Of a stretch of DNA of 64,000 nt, positions 58,701-64,000 are shown piece by piece (within the stretch, counting starts at the first letter, position 1; every line of letters starts with the position of its first letter). A model generated the notes under the pieces. That model ran no database searches, was not told the DNA's origin, and saw nothing but the letters and a program-made list of their open reading frames with translations. The stretch comes from Anthoceros angustus (taxonomy: Eukaryota; Plantae; Anthocerotophyta), in NCBI GenBank assembly GCA_010909165.1, contig VJWM01000117.1, positions 186,001 through 250,000 on the forward strand, written 5' to 3'. The position numbers and the translations under genes are program-made.

Positions 58701-61700
58701 CCCAAGATGCGCTTGAGCAAGCAGTGATTCTCAACGAGAGAATCCACGACTCGAAAGCACTAAACAGAGGCCCCGCCTCAAGACGGAGGAAAATCGCGAC
58801 TATCCAAGGAGTTGGACGCTGCTGCTGGGAGCCGGAGGAAGTCCGAGCGACGGAGGTATCCGATCACCGGAGAGGGAGTCATGAGCTAAAGGCCGTAATG
58901 AACGGGAGCGCGAGCACCGGAAGCGTAAAAGAAGCCCGTCCAAATGAGAAAGGCGAAGGGAACGCCGCGCTATGGCGGTAAGCATGGCGGAAAGGAAACG
59001 ACGGAGAGCAAGTGAGCAACAAATGGCAATGCAGGAGGTGACCGAGGCCGCCTTGTAGCCTCACGTGATACGCCCCACCACAACCGGGCAGGAGAGGTGG
59101 CCCAACAAGCCGAGCAAAGACGCCCTAACACTTATGGCGAGGGAGTAGGGTGCCCGCACACGTGGAAGAGGCAATTCAACAAGTCGATCTGACTTTGCCT
59201 ATTACCACGCGAGCTCCCAAGGCGAGAAGCCTCGACGCCGCAGACTGACGGACCCCCGGAAGGCTCAAGGAGATGAAGGCCACGGGAGACAGGACCCTAG
59301 TGGCCCTGCTTGGAGATGACGGAGCGGAGAGGAGCAACCGGAGGAGCAGAACGAGGGAGCGCGATGCGAGGAGGTAAGCACCCCGACCTCACCATGGAAG
59401 GAGGGGCCAGCGAGTCACTTGAGCGATCGGGGCAGTGGAGGACTTGAGGGAGAGCCACGGAGGAGTCCGTGAGGGAGGGCGGGTGGGCGTGAGTCGGACT
59501 TTGTCCGGACCCGGAGGAGGCCGGACCACAGAGTCGGACCCCGTGTAAATCCGGACCACGAGGTCGGACCCGAACAAGTCCGGACCTAGCCGGCGGACCG
59601 AAATAAGCGGACTCCGAAGTTGAGTCGAGGCAGACCTCGAGGGGCCGGGCTGCGGCGATGGAGGCCCCGCCGACTTACGCTAGGGGCCGATGTGGTGGCC
59701 CCACTGAGGACCGAGGAGGCGAGGGAGTAGGGTGCCCGCACACGTGGAAGAGGCAATTCAACAAGTCGATCTGACTTTGCCTATTACCACGCGAGCTCCC
59801 AAGGCGAGAAGCCTCGACGCCGCAGACTGACGGACCCCCGGAAGGCTCAAGGAGATGAAGGCCACGGGAGACAGGACCCTAGTGGCCCTGCTTGGAGATG
59901 ACGGAGCGGAGAGGAGCAACCGGAGGAGCAGAACGAGGGAGCGCGATGCGAGGAGGTAAGCACCCCGCACCTCACCATGGAAGGAGGGGCCAACGGGAGT
60001 CACCGGCGATCGGGAACAGCTGGAGGACTTCGAGGGAGAGCCACGAGGAGTCCCGTGAGGGAGGAAACCCGGTGGGCGTGAGTCCTGACTTTGTCCGGAC
60101 CGAGGGAGTCCTGACCAAGTCCGGACCTTAATAAGTCCGACCCCGAGGTCCGACTGAGACAAGGTCGGACCAGCCCGGACCTGTGAATAAGCCGACTCAA
60201 GTCTGTGAGTCGAGACAGACCTCGAGGACCGGTCAAGGCAAGAAGGAGGAGCCCCTTCGACTTACGCTTAGGGGAGCCGAGCGGTGGCCCCAAGGCGACC
60301 TGGGAGGCCGGAGGATGACGTGGTAACGGCTGTCGACCGCCGCCAGAGCCCAACCCGGCTGTGATTCCGGGAGAGGAGGGGCCCGCCACGGATCATCCGA
60401 TTGTGCGCGAGGAGTTGGACGCTGCTGCTGGGAGCCGGAGGAAGTCCGAGCGACGGAGGTATCCGATCACCGGAGAGGGAGTCATGAGCTAAAGGCCGTA
60501 ATGAACGGGAGCGCGAGCACCGGAAGCGTAAAAGAAGCCCGTCCAAATGAGAAAGGCGAAGGGAACGCCGCGCTATGGCGGTAAGCATGGCGGAAAGGAA
60601 ACGACGGAGAGCAAAGTGAGCAACAAATGGCAATGCAGGAGGTGACCGAGGCCGCCTTGTAGCCTCACGTGATACGCCCCACCACAACCGGGCAGGAGAG
60701 GTGGCCCAACAAGCCGAGCAAAGACGCCCTAACACTTATGGCGAGGGAGTATCGGCGCACACGTGGAAGAGGCAATTCAACAAGTCGATCTGTGACTTTA
60801 TTACCACGCCGAGCTCAAGGCGAGAGCCTCGACGACCGCAGACTGGAGACCGGAAGGCTCAAGGAGATGAAGGCCACGGGGACAAAGACAGGACCCTAGT
60901 GGCCCTGCTTGAGATGACGGAGCGCGAGAGGAGCAACCGGAGGAGCGTAACGAGGAGCGCGGATGCGGAGGTAAGCACCCCGACCTCACCATGGAAGGAG
61001 GGGCCAAGGAGTCACTCGGGCGATCCAGCTGGAGGACTTCGAGGGAGAGCCACGAGGAGTCCTGAGGGAGGAAACCCGGGCGTGAGTCCGGACTTTGTCC
61101 GACCTGAGGGGGAAGTCCGGACTCAAGTCCGGACCCCAGAATAAGACCCCGAGGTCCGGACCCCGAGACAAGTCCGACCTAGCCACCGGACCAGAATAAG
61201 CCGGACTCGTTCGGAGTCGAGACAGACCGAGGAGGACCGGCAAGAAGGAGGAGCCCCTTCGACTTACGCTTAGGGGAGCCGATAGTGGTGGCCCCACCGC
61301 GGGGACCTGTGGAGGCCAGGATGACGTGGTAACGGGCTTGTGATCACCGCCAGAGCCCAACCCGATGTGATTCCGGGAGAGGAGGGGCCCGCCACGGATC
61401 ATCCGATTGGGTGCACCACAACCGCTGACGGGGATTGACCACCCATTCCGGCGGGCCAGGGACCTTCCAGGTCGTGAAGGAGATAGGGGGATAAATGGTA
61501 GGCCGATTAGGGTATCTGGGCTATCATTTCGAATAGGGGTGTAATAAAGGCGCCACCTTGGGCGGATATAAGAGGGGTGAGGTGCTCTAGTAAAGCATCT
61601 TTCTTGGTGTTGATGCGTTCTTGCGGACCTTTGTGAGTCTTCTTGCTAACGTGAGTCCCGAGTCACCGAAAGGTGCACGGACCCGGGAGATTGATCAAGG

Positions 61701-62130
61701 TCCGGTGGCGGACTTAGCGTTGTGGTGTGTGCGGGGAAGGGTGGCGGTGATCCGTGCTCGTCAGGGCCGACATTTGGGCAGCGTGAGCGGAGGAACTCGG
61801 GAGGTGTAGAGCCGGACGGAGAGGCCAGCGAGCAGGAGGAGGTCGGCGTAACCAGCGTCTTTTCTAAGGCGAAGAGTGTGGCGTGAGGAGAGAAAGGGTG
61901 GATCGTGAAGGATGTATGTGAGCAATCGATGACGGGTCCTTAAGCGTTTAGCCATCAAGCTGTCGGTGAAACGTTGTGAGTAGTTAGGAGTATGTGTGTG
62001 TTGAGGAGCAGGCGCTAAGGGCGGTAGAATCACACGAAGTAAACGGGCCTATCATTCCCTTGGGAGCGGACTTCTTCCTACAACGACAGGGATTGTGCGC
62101 GGTGGCCATCGCAAAAAGTCATACGCCACA
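49773..62130 (+). repeat. 3' LTR region expanded to ~12.4 kb by internal tandem and mosaic duplications
   Basis: LTR starts at 49773 and again at 51705. All content maps to 29454-33616 apart from an integrase-tail re-entry at ~51435-51704. Near-exact blocks at offsets 1918 (50752/52670) and ~1601 (57781/59382). Confidence 0.88.
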
Positions 62131-63414
62131 CACTCTTCTCTTCCACATTACCTATCTCACCTACATGCACGGTGGCTACTATGTCCTTGTACCAAGCTTT
62201 GGAAGAGACTAGGAAGATAGGTGACTACCGAATCAACTCTAACAAAAGATGCAAGATATGGACAACATGGAAGCTAGTCGAGCCAGAGTGAGAGTTTTAG
62301 TTGTGCAATACCTTCAAGAGAAGGTGGGACCACAAACAAACCCGTCAAGCCGAGTGTTTTGAGTGAAGGTGTTAGAAGTCAGAAAAGGTGTTAGAGATGT
62401 ATATCACCTATAAAATATACTCAACCAATACCTCACCAAAGGTTCCGCAGCTTGTCGAATGAAATGATGAGTAATTTGTATATGCTTTGATCTTGCAAGA
62501 AATACAGTGGTTCTTGGAGGGTGCTATGGCATTGATTATCACACCACAGCAGTTGTAGGCACCGCCCAAGTTGTCAGAAGCCTTGAAGAAAAGAACGATC
62601 CAAATAACTTCCCTAACCTGTGAAAGTGCCCCATACTATGCCTCCAGAAGATGTATGAGATAGTTGATAGCCTTTTGTTGGACCGTGATACAAACCTCCT
62701 AACAAGTTGCGTAGGCGGCCTATACTTCTCTTGTTGTCCGTCACACCCGCCTCAGAGAAGATGTACGATAGTTGATAGCCTTTTGTTGACCAGATACAAA
62801 CCTCCTAACAAGTTGCGTGGCCTATATTTCTCTTGTTGTCCGGGTCACCCGCCCACCGCCTCCGTAGAGTAAAAGGTGAGGTTCAATCGCCATTTGCCTT
62901 GAGTATCGCAATCCATGTCTCGAAGTTCCTTTAAGTAGCGGAAGATTCTCACAACGCCCGCTGAGCCTCTTGGGTTCTATGACGGTGATACTAATCCTCC
63001 TGCTTGGGTTTAGTGTTTGATTAGCATTAATTAATCTAAGTACTTATCTTTAAGTAAGTAATTAGTGTTAATTAATCGTGGTGCTTATGTTAATTAAGCA
63101 TTGATTAGTGTTAATTCAACATGGTTAGCAATAGCTGTGGATAAGCAAGTAATATGCTTTGGCATATTCCTTGCATATTATAGTGTATTCTTAGGATATT
63201 TAGGCATATCGATGTGATAGGATATCTTAGAATACGACGATGCCAAGGGCTAGTATATAGACCCTCCATCGAGGACAAGCCTCGATCATAATGGGTCCTC
63301 TAGATATGCAATGCAAGGGTGTTGAGGAGGCCAAAGGTATGATGTCGAGAGCGGTGAGGAATTTGCGTGTTGTTCCTCGTGGGAGGTGTGGCAGCCACGA
63401 TGTGCGAGCTACTC
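62131..63414. mobile_element. Remainder of Copia-4 remnant copy 2 (degenerate RNase H on the minus strand plus the LTR-like segment)
   Basis: Colinear with 20310-21476 and continues 29002-29453 across the Gypsy insertion. Confidence 0.85.
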
Positions 63415-64000
63415 AGAACGATCCGGATTTCAAACCCTGATTGGATTGTGTCTTTGAGTGATTTTTGTTTTTTCTCTAAGTTTGGTGTCAAAACGAGCTA
63501 AGTTGTGAGGAAGGATATTTATACTAGAAAGTGTCCTTGACCTATGAGTTTTGGGTTGTTTCAGTTGAATAATAATCGGTCCTTAGACTATGAACTCGAT
63601 ACTCCTTGGCTTTGGTCTCGAATATGTAATAGAAAGTCTATATATGTGGGAGGGGTCCCCATATTTGGCGGTCCAAGTAAATAGAATTCAACCAACCGGG
63701 CGGTAGTTTGGTGTTGAATTGGCTAACCAGGTGTCGGGGACTATGTTTCAAGAGCGGTTGGAACTGACGGCGGTCGTGGAAGGAGGAGCATGGAAGGGAG
63801 TGGTCGCTGGCCAGTAGGTAAGCGACGGGGAAATATAACCCTAAGGGAACTCGGAAGAGCGCTGGCGGTAGCTCTAGACAATTCTGACGAGCTCACGTAC
63901 ATAGGGCAGCCCGTGGCGGTGTGAAGCTCAGTGCAGGAAGGAAGAAACCCTGGGGACCAAGTTGGAGATTCGAGGCGGAGTTATCAGCAATTGAGCGCTA
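63415..64000 (+). repeat. Start of a second copy of the 24367-type LTR, running off the window
   Basis: aacgatcYggattt...ttggattgtgtctttgagtgattttt... is colinear with 24371-24990. Confidence 0.85.

Larger units (their letters stand above)
29454..62130 (+). mobile_element. Athila-like (non-chromovirus) Ty3/Gypsy LTR retrotransposon, 32.7 kb as assembled, with nested insert and duplications
   Basis: Perfect TSD cactc at 29449-29453 and 62131-62135, with the empty site visible at ~20308-20325. TG...CA ends, tRNA-Asp-type PBS, order gag-PR-RT-RH-INT, integrase ending in a V(N/S)GxRVKKY motif, and PPT gagaagggag. Confidence 0.93.

Noticed and set aside
63405-63425. Apparent 2.9 kb deletion relative to 21476-24371
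   Set aside because: 24367 is the start of a solo LTR with its own TSD, so the junction is better explained by an independent insertion of the same LTR family.
1-64000. Treating the ubiquitous frameshifts as evidence of ancient decay
   Set aside because: Indels dominate over substitutions even between near-identical LTRs and duplicates, which is the pattern expected from long-read error, so it cannot be resolved without polishing.

Overview
Plant nuclear DNA made almost entirely of nested transposable elements. There are no prokaryotic features, rRNA/tRNA genes or CRISPR. Nearly every coding region has small indels every few dozen codons, which looks like unpolished long-read error, so pseudogene status cannot be judged from this sequence and most ORF-track entries are fragments or GC-rich shadow frames. 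From left to right: (1) a long LTR of an Athila-like family (~533-9300) interrupted by a short-LTR Copia element (1255-7398); (2) another LTR plus a gag-like start; (3) a minus-strand Tnt1-like Copia (10951-18313) whose 3' LTR contains a 2.4 kb element with 22-bp terminal inverted repeats and a GATA target-site duplication (TSD); (4) older Copia remnants; (5) a small two-exon gene resembling DPBB/expansin-like secreted proteins (22569-23131); (6) a third Copia with an antisense 3' ORF, split by a 2 kb solo LTR; (7) a 32.7 kb Athila-like Ty3/Gypsy element (29454-62130, TSD CACTC). The 4.16 kb LTR of this last element carries a long degenerate ORF in U3, its pol is split by a 6.9 kb Helitron-like insert with an intron-containing PIP1 aquaporin fragment, and its 3' LTR is expanded to ~12.4 kb by internal duplications, some probably artefactual. 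The best candidate for an undescribed system is the LTR(U3)-resident protein, which is conserved with mostly synonymous changes between two diverged families. All protein assignments are by-eye motif recognition; no searches were run.
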